Made by a program: the position numbers and the translations under genes
From: Patescibacteria group bacterium
Lineage (GTDB): Bacteria > Patescibacteriota > Patescibacteriia > UBA1558 > GWA2-36-10
Direction of reading: 5' to 3'
DNA: 64,000 bases
Assembly: GCA_041665505.1 (NCBI GenBank)
Contig: JBAYIR010000001.1
Location: 220,392 to 284,391, forward strand
The notes under the pieces: generated by a model
The model's input: only the letters and a program-made list of their open reading frames with translations
Database searches by the model: none
What the model was told of the DNA's origin: nothing
Shown here: positions 54,766 to 64,000 of the stretch, one piece after another
Layout of the letters: the number at the start of each line of letters is the position of its first letter
Numbering within the stretch: the stretch's first letter is position 1

Positions 54766-55722
54766 CTATTTCTTAAGGGGATGAAAATCTGTATGCATTT
54801 TTTCTGCATACCTATCACTAGCGTGTACATAACGCGTGGTAGTATCCAATGACTCATGACCTAGTAGTATTTGAATAGCTGCTGGATTAGCTCCATTTTC
54901 AGCCAAATAAGTAGCAAAGGCATGACGGATAGAGTGAGCTGAAAATGGAATGTTAATAGACAATAACTCGCGATAACGTTTTATTTTTGATTGTAAATAA
55001 TTGGTAGATATTTTTTTGTGCTTATCAGCGTTGTTTAATCCACGGTAAGGAATAAACAGATAAGGAGTAACATCATGACGAGTACTAAGATAATCTTTAA
55101 TGTGTTTTGTAGCTCGCGGAGTCAAATAAACAAAACGTTGTTTTTTGCCTTTACCCATCACATAGATACGCCCAGTATTATCTAATTGCTCACGCCTTAA
55201 GGAAAGTAATTCTGATATACGCATACCTGTAGCAAAAAGAGTTTCTAGCATGGCACGATTACGAAGTTTAATAGTCGGATCAGTTTCAAATTTTGTAGGA
55301 GCTTCTATTAACCTGATAAGCTCATGCATCTCTGGCACTTGGCCATATTTTTTTTCAGTCTTAAGTAACTTAACGGCATCAGCACTAATAGGAGTCTTAT
55401 AATCTACGTCCATCAAAAATTTTAAATAAGATCTCAGAGCTGACAAAATACGATTGATACTATGGCTAGATAATTTTTTTTCACCCGGCTCGCTCAAGGC
55501 AGTCTCCCTAGAAGTAGAGGAGAGGTAGGCCTTAAATTTGATAATAGACCTTTTGGTAAGATTTTTAAAATCAGTCTTAATATCGCTGGCTAAAAAATTT
55601 TCAAAAGTGTTTAAGTCTCTTTCATAATTGTAGACCGTCTCACTAGAGTAGTTATTGGATTGGATATTCTCCAAATACTCATCCAAGAGAGGAAGCTGAT
55701 ACTTTTTATTGGTTTTTATCAT
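54766..55722 (-). CDS. Xer-family tyrosine recombinase
   Basis: SAM-like N-domain; TGMRISEL, GKGKKQR, HSIRH, LLGHESLDTTTRY. Confidence 0.93.
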   Translation of the reverse strand: MIKTNKKYQLPLLDEYLENIQSNNYSSETVYNYERDLNTFENFLASDIKTDFKNLTKRSIIKFKAYLSSTSRETALSEPGEKKLSSHSINRILSALRSYLKFLMDVDYKTPISADAVKLLKTEKKYGQVPEMHELIRLIEAPTKFETDPTIKLRNRAMLETLFATGMRISELLSLRREQLDNTGRIYVMGKGKKQRFVYLTPRATKHIKDYLSTRHDVTPYLFIPYRGLNNADKHKKISTNYLQSKIKRYRELLSINIPFSAHSIRHAFATYLAENGANPAAIQILLGHESLDTTTRYVHASDRYAEKMHTDFHPLKK

Positions 55723-55728
55723 ATCTAT

Positions 55729-55757
55729 ATTATAAAGGCTGTTTTTATTATTGTCAA
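55729..55757 (-). promoter_or_regulatory. Consensus promoter of xer (leaderless)
   Basis: TTGACA-17bp-TATAAT, then 6 nt to the ATG. Confidence 0.75.
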
Positions 55758-55785
55758 ACTGAGTGTAAGAGTTATTATACTCAGT
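55758..55785. other. Putative dif (Xer recombination) site
   Basis: ACTGAGTGTAA-GAGTTA-TTATACTCAGT: 11-6-11 inverted repeat with inner TAA/TTA, adjacent to xer. Confidence 0.75.
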
Positions 55786-55833
55786 TAGTATTATCCATAA
55801 TAAAAAGGCTTATTAAGCCTCATTACTATTAAA

Positions 55834-56658
55834 TCACTTAAAATAGACCTTATCCCCGAATCTGATATCTATATAGTCTATATCTACACCAGTGATATTC
55901 TCTTCTAATACTGCTCTTAAATTATTCAACTGCTGATGTATATCTTGCTCTCTATCTATTTTGACATAAAAACCAGTTTGAGTATTTAAATCAATACTCC
56001 AATCATTATAAATGGTAATTTTCTCTAGCTTAGCCTTAGTTGCTATTAGATCCATCCAATTTAAATATATCTGATTAATAACATTTATCTCTTCATCACT
56101 AAAAATTTGTTCTCCCTCTGGTCGACCATCACGTCTATCGTCTAAAAGCAAGTATTTATCGTCCAAATTGCTGATTTGGCGATTTAAGAGCCCTTTGGCA
56201 TCAAGTAGGTATATTGAGCCATCTTTTTGCCAAATAAAATGAGAATTCTTTTCTTTAATACTTATCTTAAGAGTGCTTGGCCATTTTTTTTGTATTTGTA
56301 CCTCTTCTAAATTATATTGGACAATCAATTGCTGTTTTAGCTCATCTACTGGCACCAAAAAGTAATTGGTCTTTTCAAAAAAAATAAATTTAGTAACTGC
56401 TAGCTGTTCAAAGACAAAATTTTGTACTTCTTCAACACTGACATCATTTTGACCACTTAAGTCTATATTTTTTATTTTCAAAAATTTTAATTGCCAAATA
56501 CTTTGTAATAATAATATAGCTAAAATTATCAGCACAATTCTAAAAATTGTTTTCTTTGGAATATTTCTTTGCTGCACATAATAACCCCGCTGGACCTTTT
56601 GTGGTCTTCGAGGTAAATGTCTCTGCCATGTTTTGGTGGTTTTGATTATTGCGCTCAT
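55834..56658 (-). CDS. ftsQ: Cell division protein FtsQ/DivIB
   Basis: Single TM, POTRA-like segment (IKNIDLSG...KKWPSTLKISIKE), C-terminal YIDIRFGDKVY. Confidence 0.85.
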   Translation of the reverse strand: MSAIIKTTKTWQRHLPRRPQKVQRGYYVQQRNIPKKTIFRIVLIILAILLLQSIWQLKFLKIKNIDLSGQNDVSVEEVQNFVFEQLAVTKFIFFEKTNYFLVPVDELKQQLIVQYNLEEVQIQKKWPSTLKISIKEKNSHFIWQKDGSIYLLDAKGLLNRQISNLDDKYLLLDDRRDGRPEGEQIFSDEEINVINQIYLNWMDLIATKAKLEKITIYNDWSIDLNTQTGFYVKIDREQDIHQQLNNLRAVLEENITGVDIDYIDIRFGDKVYFK

Positions 56659-56710
56659 ACTCTACTCTATATAATAAGACTATATATTATGTGTCGTAAA
56701 ACATTAAATA

Positions 56711-57811
56711 TTAAACTAATCTTCTTTCTAAATTGGGATTTATTCTAGTAACTATTTCATAATTTATACTCTGACACTTATTAGCTATATCGTCAGCACT
56801 GATGTTTTTGCCATCATCTGACCCTAATAATGTTACTATCTCCCCTACTTTGACATCTAGATTGTCTGGTAATTCTACCATGGTTAAATTCATACAAATA
56901 TTTCCCCGGATTGGACAGAGATGCCCTTGAATTAAAACTTCAGCATTATTAGAAAGTAGTCTTGGATAGCCTTCATTGTAGCCAATTGGTAATACTGCTA
57001 TCTGGCAATCTTTGGGACACTGATAAGTCCTGTTGTAACCGATGCTATCTCCTGACTTAAGTTTTTTAATCTGAATTATTTTTGTTTTCCAGCTCATCAC
57101 CGCTTGTAAAGAAAAATTCTTTAGCTCAGCCTTTTCTTTGGTAGACTGACTAGGCCATAAACCATAAAAAGCTAAACCAACTCTTATAATATCACCTTGA
57201 GCTTCTGGTAAAGTAATACTGGCCGCGCTACAAGCACTGTGAAATTTATATTTTTTGTATTCTCTAGTGATATTTTGAAAACTATTTAATTGCTCTTTGG
57301 TAAAACTTTGATCGGCCACCTCTGATTCAGCATAATGAGTAAAGATAGAAAAAATTTTTAAATTACTCTTTTGTTCAATTTGAGCTATTGAGTCTTTAGC
57401 TTCACTAAGTTTAAAACCTAAACGAGAAGTGCCTGTATCAATTTTTATATTAACTAAAAAATCTTGGCCTAAAGATTCTAAATAATCAGCGGTGGCTAAA
57501 TCATAAATGGGCAAAGAAATTTGTGAATCAACTTTCTTTAAAGCTTCAGTATCATCTATATCAAAATAGCTGAGCACCATAATTGGTTTTTTGGTGATAT
57601 TTTTTATAGCCAAAGCTTCATCTAAATTGGCTACCATAAAACCAGCTACATCTTCATTGTCTTTCAAGAAGCTAACTATTTCTTTACTGCCATGCCCATA
57701 GGCATTGCTTTTGACTACTGGCCAAAACTCAGAATTAGGTGCTAAATTTCTAAATTGCCTAATATTGTGTAAAATATTTTTTTGATTGATTTCTATCCAA
57801 GTCAGGGGCAT
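56711..57811 (-). CDS. alr: Alanine racemase
   Basis: VVKSNAYGHG, KIDTGTSRLG, IGYN, GNICMN, INYEIV. Confidence 0.96.
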   Translation of the reverse strand: MPLTWIEINQKNILHNIRQFRNLAPNSEFWPVVKSNAYGHGSKEIVSFLKDNEDVAGFMVANLDEALAIKNITKKPIMVLSYFDIDDTEALKKVDSQISLPIYDLATADYLESLGQDFLVNIKIDTGTSRLGFKLSEAKDSIAQIEQKSNLKIFSIFTHYAESEVADQSFTKEQLNSFQNITREYKKYKFHSACSAASITLPEAQGDIIRVGLAFYGLWPSQSTKEKAELKNFSLQAVMSWKTKIIQIKKLKSGDSIGYNRTYQCPKDCQIAVLPIGYNEGYPRLLSNNAEVLIQGHLCPIRGNICMNLTMVELPDNLDVKVGEIVTLLGSDDGKNISADDIANKCQSINYEIVTRINPNLERRLV

Positions 57812-59047
57812 TTATTTTTTGAGTACTTTCTTATTCATGTATTTTTGTAAAACTTTGGGCACTTTGACTGATCCATCAGCTTGTTGATTTTGCTCCAATA
57901 TAGCTGGCAAAATACGACTAGTCGCTAGACCTGAAGCATTTAGAGTATGCACAAACTTATTTTTACCATCACTATCTTTAAATCTAGTATTACCACGACG
58001 AGCTTGATAATCTAAAGCATTGGAGACACTAGAAACTTCTTTATAGGTATTCATAGACGGAATCCAGACCTCAATATCAACTGTTTTAGCCATAGCTGCA
58101 CTACAATCCCCAGCCGCCAATTTTACTGAAGTGTAGTGTAAATCTAAACCTTCTACTAATTTTTCAGCGTGTTTGAGTAATTCATCAAAAGCTGACCACG
58201 AATCATCTGGCTTGGTAAATTGAAACATTTCAATTTTATTGAATTGATGACCACGAATCATACCCCTCTCCTCTGCTCGATATGAGCCAGCCTCCCTGCG
58301 GAAGCAAGTAGAAAAAGCATAATATTTTAACGGCAAATTTTTAATATCTAGCATTTCATCACGATGAAAATTACCCAACATCATTTCTGAAGTAGCATTT
58401 AAACAAAGCTTATCTTGAGTCCAAAACAAATCATCTCTAAATTTTGGCAAGTGCCCAGAGGTGTAAGCAGATTTTTCAGTCAGTAGAAATGGCGGGATTA
58501 TAAAAGTATAATTATTTTTACGGTGATAATCAATAAAATAACTTAAGAGTGCCCATTCTAATAAAGCGCCATCACCAGTGTAAGCCCAAAAACCAGCCCC
58601 CGACATCTTGGCAGCTCTTTCATAATCTATTAGACCCAAGCTAGTAGCTAAATCCACATGGTTTTTGACTGCAAAATCAAAGCTTGGTTTATTTTTAAAA
58701 GTCTTAATAATCTGATTATTTTCTTTACCACCAGTGACAACATCATCAGCAACAATATTTGGTAAGGCTGAGAGTGCCCCATCTAATTCTGATTGAGCTA
58801 TAAATAAATTTGCATCCGAATCCTTGATTTCTTTACCTAGGCTTCTCATTCTTTTAATAATTTGCACATCTGGTTTGGATTTTGAAAATTTATTTCTCTC
58901 AGCTTTTAATTCTTCATTTTTAGCAATCATTTTTCTACGATAATCATCTAACTTGATTATTTTTTTAAAATCAACTACAAAACCTCGTTTTTCTAAGGCC
59001 TTTTCTATTTCTTCTGTTTTTTCTCTAATTAAATTAATATCTAACAT
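57812..59047 (-). CDS. serS: Serine--tRNA ligase
   Basis: ATSE, CFRREAGS, RGHQFNKIE, EVSSVSN, HTLNASGLA. Confidence 0.97.
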   Translation of the reverse strand: MLDINLIREKTEEIEKALEKRGFVVDFKKIIKLDDYRRKMIAKNEELKAERNKFSKSKPDVQIIKRMRSLGKEIKDSDANLFIAQSELDGALSALPNIVADDVVTGGKENNQIIKTFKNKPSFDFAVKNHVDLATSLGLIDYERAAKMSGAGFWAYTGDGALLEWALLSYFIDYHRKNNYTFIIPPFLLTEKSAYTSGHLPKFRDDLFWTQDKLCLNATSEMMLGNFHRDEMLDIKNLPLKYYAFSTCFRREAGSYRAEERGMIRGHQFNKIEMFQFTKPDDSWSAFDELLKHAEKLVEGLDLHYTSVKLAAGDCSAAMAKTVDIEVWIPSMNTYKEVSSVSNALDYQARRGNTRFKDSDGKNKFVHTLNASGLATSRILPAILEQNQQADGSVKVPKVLQKYMNKKVLKK

Positions 59048-59048
59048 A

Positions 59049-59618
59049 CTATTTGATTATAATTTTTTTGATTTCATCTCCTTGAACTATAGAATCAACT
59101 ACCTCTTGACCTTCTAAAACTCCAGCAAAAATAGTGTGTTTACCGTCTAACCAAGGCGTAGGCACATGGGTAATAAAAAATTGTGAGCCATTGGTATTTG
59201 GTCCAGAATTGGCCATAGAAACAATACCTGCCATATTGTGTTTTAAATTGGGATGGAGTTCATCTTTAAAGGTATAACCTGGGCCACCAGTACCAGCAAT
59301 AGGTAAATTGCTACCATCTGGGGTATAAGAAAAATCTTTGCCTGCTTCGCCTTTAGTTTGAGGATCGCCAGTCTGAATCATAAAATTTTCAATCACTCTA
59401 TGAAACTTCACACCATCATAAAATCCCTCTTGAGCTAATTTTACAAAATTTTCTACCGTCACAGGTACCTTATCATGAAATAAGGCTATTTTTATATCCC
59501 CTTTATTTGTTTTGATTATTGCTTCTTCCATAGTAATTTTTTTGGCTGGAAAAATCAGCATCATCACTACAGCCAAAAAAATTGCTCCAGCCATGATTAA
59601 AAGATTTTTTTTATCCAT
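59049..59618 (-). CDS. ppiA: Cyclophilin-type peptidyl-prolyl isomerase
   Basis: [45 protein letters not shown]. Confidence 0.95.
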   Translation of the reverse strand: MDKKNLLIMAGAIFLAVVMMLIFPAKKITMEEAIIKTNKGDIKIALFHDKVPVTVENFVKLAQEGFYDGVKFHRVIENFMIQTGDPQTKGEAGKDFSYTPDGSNLPIAGTGGPGYTFKDELHPNLKHNMAGIVSMANSGPNTNGSQFFITHVPTPWLDGKHTIFAGVLEGQEVVDSIVQGDEIKKIIIK

Positions 59619-59619
59619 A

Positions 59620-60216
59620 TTATTTTAATTGTTTAATTATTTGTTCTAATGCCCTACCCCGATGACTAATAGCGTTTTTTTGATCAATAGTCAGCTCAGA
59701 AAATACTTTATCATAGCCATCTGGATAAAATACTGCACTATATGGCAAACCTTTATCCATCTTACAAATTAATTGACTAGCGATTGTGCCTAATTGTTCT
59801 CCTCTAGCAATTAACTCCTCCTGCCCATCATAAAAAGCTACAACTGTCACAAATTTAGCGCTTCTTTTTTCTGCCGGCACATCTTTCATTTTATCCAAAA
59901 GCATCTGCAACAACTCTTCATCTGTAGCTGTATAACCTGGCCAAGTCCTAGAATGAACACCTGGCTCGCCACCTAAAGCTTCTACTGAAAGTCCTGAATC
60001 ATCAGCCATAGTGGGTATCTTGGACAAGTTATAATAAAATTTGGCCTTGGCCATTGCATTTTCCTCATATGTTTGGCCTGTTTCTTTATAATCTTCTATA
60101 ATGCCCAAATCAGCTAAAGAAACAATTTCTATTCCTAAATCCTTAGATAATTTTACTTGCGATTCTTTAAATTTACCTTGATTATGAGTAGCTATCAATA
60201 ACTTATTTATTTTCAT
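59620..60216 (-). CDS. rdgB: Non-canonical purine NTP pyrophosphatase (HAM1/RdgB)
   Basis: [32 protein letters not shown]. Confidence 0.93.
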   Translation of the reverse strand: MKINKLLIATHNQGKFKESQVKLSKDLGIEIVSLADLGIIEDYKETGQTYEENAMAKAKFYYNLSKIPTMADDSGLSVEALGGEPGVHSRTWPGYTATDEELLQMLLDKMKDVPAEKRSAKFVTVVAFYDGQEELIARGEQLGTIASQLICKMDKGLPYSAVFYPDGYDKVFSELTIDQKNAISHRGRALEQIIKQLK

Positions 60217-61771
60217 CTTTTGGCCTCATTAATGGAAAGAAAACACAATCCCTCAAACTGTCTTGCTGAGATAAAATAGTAATAAATCTATCCAAACCAA
60301 GACCTACTCCAGAGATTGGTGGCATACCATGCTCCATAGCCAATATATACTCATCATCACCTTCCATAGCTTCTTCATCTCCTTTGGCTTTTTCTTTTTC
60401 CTGTTCTTTAAATCTAGCAGCCTGATCAACAGAATCTACTAATTCCGAATAGCCTTTGACTATTTCCCAACCATTTATAACCAATTGAAATTGGTTGACC
60501 ATCTCCGGGTGATTATTATTGGTTCTAGCTAATGGTTGCAAAGCCTTGGGGTAATTATATAAAAAGGCTGGACCAACAATTTTTGGCAGACTGACTTTTT
60601 TGTAAAGATAATCTACCAAAGTAGCATAACCCATTTTATCCATGTCTGTGATATCTATTTTATTTTTCTTGATGGCTTTTTTTAATTCTTCTACATCTTT
60701 GGTCTCTAAGATGTTTATCCCTGAATCTTTTTTTATTAGCTCTACATAATCTATTCTCGGCCACTCTCCTAAGAAATCAACTTTTTTTACTTTACCTTCT
60801 TTATTTTTTACTGGTACAGTTGAATCAATATTTAGTTTTTTCAAAACATGCTTAATCAGTCTTTCTGTAAAATCCATATTCTGCTTATAGCCCCAATAAG
60901 CTACATACCATTCAAAATGAGTATGTTCTGGTAAATGAGAAGGGTCTATCCCCTCATTTCTAAAAGCTTTGCCTATTTCAAAAATTCTTTCAAAACCACC
61001 AATAATCAATTTTTTGTGTGGCAACTCTTGAGATATGCGCAAAACCAAATCAGCATCCAAAGCATTATTGTGAGTAAAATATGGCTTAGCAGCTGCTCCA
61101 GTGGCTTTGTACTCCAAAATAGGAGTCTCTACTTCATCAAAATTATTGTCCCAAAAAAATTCTCTAAAAGTTTTAATAATATCTGACCTAAATTTAAATC
61201 TTTTTCTAGCCTCCTCATTGGTAATGGTATCTAGATATCTCCTACGTAAAATCTGCTCTTCGTCTGACAAACCATGAAATTTTTCTGGTAACGGCCTCAA
61301 GGCTTTACCCAAAAATGTCAATTCTTTAACCAATAGAGTCAACTCACCATGATTGGTTTTAAATAGTTCACCTTCCACTCCAATATAATCACCAATATCA
61401 ATCATCTTTTCCCAAAATTTATGATGAGGCATTTTACTTTCATCCAAAGCAATAATCTTAGTAATATCTTTTACCAAGGCCAATTGTATTCTGCCTTCAA
61501 AATCCTGTAACTGAGCAAAAGAAAGTTTGCCATGTGAGCGAAAAATCATCACTCGGCCAGCCAGACGAATATCTTTTCGAGGAGACTTAATAACTTCTTC
61601 ATTTGAACGAATATTTTTGTCTGCTTTCTTTTTGGCTAAATCTGTGCTAATCCTATCCAAAAAATTTTCTGGAGTAATATCTATCCCTAACTCCGCTATA
61701 GTTAATCTTTTGGCTAATCTTTGCTGATATTCATCATTGATATCTGGCTCTTTGGCTTCATTTTTTATCAT
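60203..61771 (-). CDS. lysS: Lysine--tRNA ligase (class II)
   Basis: AGRV...HGK..F, PLPEKFHGL, GAAAKP, FRNEGID, GMPPISGVGLGLDR. Confidence 0.96.
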   Translation of the reverse strand: MIKNEAKEPDINDEYQQRLAKRLTIAELGIDITPENFLDRISTDLAKKKADKNIRSNEEVIKSPRKDIRLAGRVMIFRSHGKLSFAQLQDFEGRIQLALVKDITKIIALDESKMPHHKFWEKMIDIGDYIGVEGELFKTNHGELTLLVKELTFLGKALRPLPEKFHGLSDEEQILRRRYLDTITNEEARKRFKFRSDIIKTFREFFWDNNFDEVETPILEYKATGAAAKPYFTHNNALDADLVLRISQELPHKKLIIGGFERIFEIGKAFRNEGIDPSHLPEHTHFEWYVAYWGYKQNMDFTERLIKHVLKKLNIDSTVPVKNKEGKVKKVDFLGEWPRIDYVELIKKDSGINILETKDVEELKKAIKKNKIDITDMDKMGYATLVDYLYKKVSLPKIVGPAFLYNYPKALQPLARTNNNHPEMVNQFQLVINGWEIVKGYSELVDSVDQAARFKEQEKEKAKGDEEAMEGDDEYILAMEHGMPPISGVGLGLDRFITILSQQDSLRDCVFFPLMRPKDENK

Positions 61772-61833
61772 AAATATAAAATTTTCTTATGAAATAATAA
61801 TACAAGAATTTAGGCTAAAAATCAAGGTAAAAA

Positions 61834-62640
61834 CTACTTAAGCAACGGCAATTTTTGGCCTTTAAATTTTAGGAGATATTTTATGAAACTAATGATATGA
61901 TGACGAGCTGTTTTGGAAAATAAGGTCTGCCAGAGTCCTTGAGAAGCTGATTGACGACGATGGAGATGAATTATCTCGGCTGTACCAACATAAACTACCT
62001 TATATCCATTTGCCCAAAAACGTCTAGACCAATCCAAATCCTCCATGTATATAAAATAGCGTTCGTCCAATAATCCTACTTTTTTTAAAGCTTGGCTTCT
62101 GACTATCAAACAAGCTCCATATAAACTAGGCACTTGGCTATTTTTGTAGTGATCCAAATCTTTCATTAAGTATTTATCCGACCATTTTTGACCAGCCTTA
62201 GTCTCGCCAAGTGAAGTACGTCGATAAAGCGGTAATTTCCAATCTGGAAAATTGGTGCAAGAATATTGAATAGTCTTATCAGCATTAATCAGCCTAGGTC
62301 CAGCTAAAGCCACTTGTGGATTAGCCTCCATATATTCATAAAGTTGTACTATGGCGTTTGATAAAATTGCTAAGTCTGGGTTCATAATCATAATATATTT
62401 ACCCTGAGCTGCTTTGATGCCTAAATTATTGCCATAAGCAAAACCACCATTTTTATTACTCTGAATAAATTTAACCATTGGAAATTTTGCTTCTACAATC
62501 TCTTTTAATCCATCGTAAGAGGCATTATCCACTACAATAATTTCATATTGATAAGGTAAATTTAAATCTAACAAATTTTTTAATAATTCTTTGCTTAAAT
62601 TTTTATTTTTGTAATTTAAAATTACTATTGATAAATCCAT
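61834..62640 (-). CDS. Glycosyltransferase family 2 (rhamnosyltransferase-like)
   Basis: SIVILNY, VVDNAS.D, N.GFA.GNN, MNPD, YMEDLDW. Confidence 0.9.
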   Translation of the reverse strand: MDLSIVILNYKNKNLSKELLKNLLDLNLPYQYEIIVVDNASYDGLKEIVEAKFPMVKFIQSNKNGGFAYGNNLGIKAAQGKYIMIMNPDLAILSNAIVQLYEYMEANPQVALAGPRLINADKTIQYSCTNFPDWKLPLYRRTSLGETKAGQKWSDKYLMKDLDHYKNSQVPSLYGACLIVRSQALKKVGLLDERYFIYMEDLDWSRRFWANGYKVVYVGTAEIIHLHRRQSASQGLWQTLFSKTARHHIISFIKYLLKFKGQKLPLLK

Positions 62641-62771
62641 ATTCGCCCCGTTAAATAATATTTAAGTTTTTACTTAAATATTAAATTTTAATTATTAACG
62701 TAACTTATATAAGCATTATTTTATTCCCCTAATATATAAATAAATAATTCATTTTTATTTTTAAAATTTAT

Positions 62772-63779
62772 TTAACGGGGTGAATTTACAAACCATTTAT
62801 AAATATCATCGGCATTTATCTTTCTGTGCTTCATGATATATTTTCTTTTTTTAGCTAGACTAGGAATAGCCCTTAGATATTCTTTAAAACCAACTAAAGT
62901 CCTTCTTTCAAAAAGCAATAAATATATAAACTTTTTAAACTCATAGAAACTAATAGCAAAAAAATCTTGGAATAAATTTTTATAAAAAGAATTCTTATAC
63001 AAAAGCATTAGATGATTGCGATAAGAAAGTTTGTTGGCTAGACCTCTACGTTGACGAGATTCTTTAAGATTTTTACTTTTGGCCACGCTACGATGATGGT
63101 AAGCTTTGGTACTAGTAACTAACCAATTTTCCCAAGCAAATAATCTTAGTCGCCAAGCTAAATCAGCATCCTCTTTATAGGCAAAAAAATCTTCATCAAA
63201 ATATTCTAAATGATTGCCCTTTGGCAAACCAGCCACAATATCTAAGGCCTGACGTCTATATAAAGTAGCTGTAGCGGAAAGACCAAAAACCTCTTGATTA
63301 TCTACAGCTACTTCTTTTTGACCTTGATAATTATCTATAATTTCTCTCTGCTTATTTATTTTTAAACCATAAGAATCAATAATTTTTGTTTTGACTCCAC
63401 TGGCAAAATCCCAATACATCAGTTTGCCAGAGCAAGAAGCAACATTTTTATTTTTTTCCAAAAAATCTACTAACTCTCTAAGATAATTTTCTTCTAATAT
63501 CACATCTTGATTTAAAACCAAAACATAATCTGAATTTGACCAATTTATCAATAGATTATGCCCCTTGGCAAAACCAATATTTTGTTTTTGATTTATAATT
63601 CTAGCCTTAGGATAATATTCTCTAACAATATCCACTGATTTATCACTGGAGGCATTATCTAAAACCAAAATTTCCCAATCTACAAAAGATTGAGCAGATA
63701 AACTTTTGAGTAGCCAAGGCAAATATTCTTGACCATTCCAAGTAAGCAAACTAATAGTAACTGTTGGTTTTTGTTGCAT
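62772..63779 (-). CDS. Glycosyltransferase family 2
   Basis: LDNASSD, NIGFAKGHN, LNQD, FAYKEDADL.WR. Confidence 0.9.
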   Translation of the reverse strand: MQQKPTVTISLLTWNGQEYLPWLLKSLSAQSFVDWEILVLDNASSDKSVDIVREYYPKARIINQKQNIGFAKGHNLLINWSNSDYVLVLNQDVILEENYLRELVDFLEKNKNVASCSGKLMYWDFASGVKTKIIDSYGLKINKQREIIDNYQGQKEVAVDNQEVFGLSATATLYRRQALDIVAGLPKGNHLEYFDEDFFAYKEDADLAWRLRLFAWENWLVTSTKAYHHRSVAKSKNLKESRQRRGLANKLSYRNHLMLLYKNSFYKNLFQDFFAISFYEFKKFIYLLLFERRTLVGFKEYLRAIPSLAKKRKYIMKHRKINADDIYKWFVNSPR

Positions 63780-64000
63780 AAGGAGAAAAAATTATACTAG
63801 CCAAGATCAAAAATGCCAAACCAATAGGATGATTGATATATGGTGTAAATATATGAATAATTAATAAACTAGTCAATGTAGCACTAAATGTTAAGCTAAG
63901 TATGGGTTCAGTACCTAGACTTAGATAGATTCTATTATAGACCAATATTAGCCAAAAAATAAAAGCTAGCACTAATAAAATTCCTCCTTTGACTAATTGA
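63751..64000 (-). CDS. C-terminal end of a polytopic membrane protein, probably O-antigen ligase family; starts beyond the window
   Basis: Frame open to the window edge (QLVKGG...); hydrophobic, with HIFTPYINHPIG; next to glycosyltransferases. Confidence 0.55.
   Translation of the reverse strand, partial: QLVKGGILLVLAFIFWLILVYNRIYLSLGTEPILSLTFSATLTSLLIIHIFTPYINHPIGLAFLILASIIFSPYATKTNSYY

Noticed and set aside
54766-55722. Prophage or integron integrase
   Set aside because: Flanked by core genes, XerC/D-like size, no IntI insertion, attC array or phage genes; an adjacent dif-like site explains it
1754-61727. Numerous 60-155 aa ORFs antisense or out of frame within housekeeping genes
   Set aside because: Nested in well-supported genes with no recognisable motifs
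1-64000. CRISPR array, retron/DGR, IS elements, rRNA, stop-codon reassignment
   Set aside because: No regularly spaced repeats, reverse transcriptase, cas, transposase or rRNA sequence seen; conserved genes translate intact in code 11 and some end in TGA

Overview
An AT-rich, gene-dense bacterial chromosome segment with the gene content of a Patescibacteria (CPR) genome, probably Parcubacteria/ABY1-like. This taxonomic call is an inference from CPR-typical families: VirD4/TraG-like ATPases, VirB2-like pilins, a sigma-region-4/HTH protein, AMP phosphorylase, a short AlaRS and a MEMO-CapA fusion. Most of the window is housekeeping: lepA, dnaX, tRNA-Gln, uppS, ddl, secDF, mnmA, greA, alaS, hpf, secA, pyrD, fmt/def, gltX, xer, ftsQ, alr, serS, ppiA, rdgB, lysS and glycosyltransferases. 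The main unexplained signal is four GC-rich, ORF-free units (about 24.7, 27.0, 27.4 and 54.5 kb). Each starts at a near-consensus TTGACA/TATWAT promoter, folds into long back-to-back hairpins with G-U pairs that favour the + strand, and ends in a terminator-like hairpin. By eye they match no housekeeping RNA. Three lie in an accessory island between greA and alaS, together with a GC-rich stand-alone RelA/SpoT-type HD hydrolase and a KOW-like microprotein behind a leader terminator. One contains a tRNA-like, ACCA-ended domain just upstream of alaS. Other notable items are a palindromic 11-6-11 dif-like site abutting the xer promoter at the gene-orientation switch, a MurL-MurD fusion, a parvulin domain inserted into SecD, a recent tandem pilin duplication, a frameshifted chorismate mutase and several apparently leaderless genes. 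All RNA structures were paired by hand and no database searches were run.
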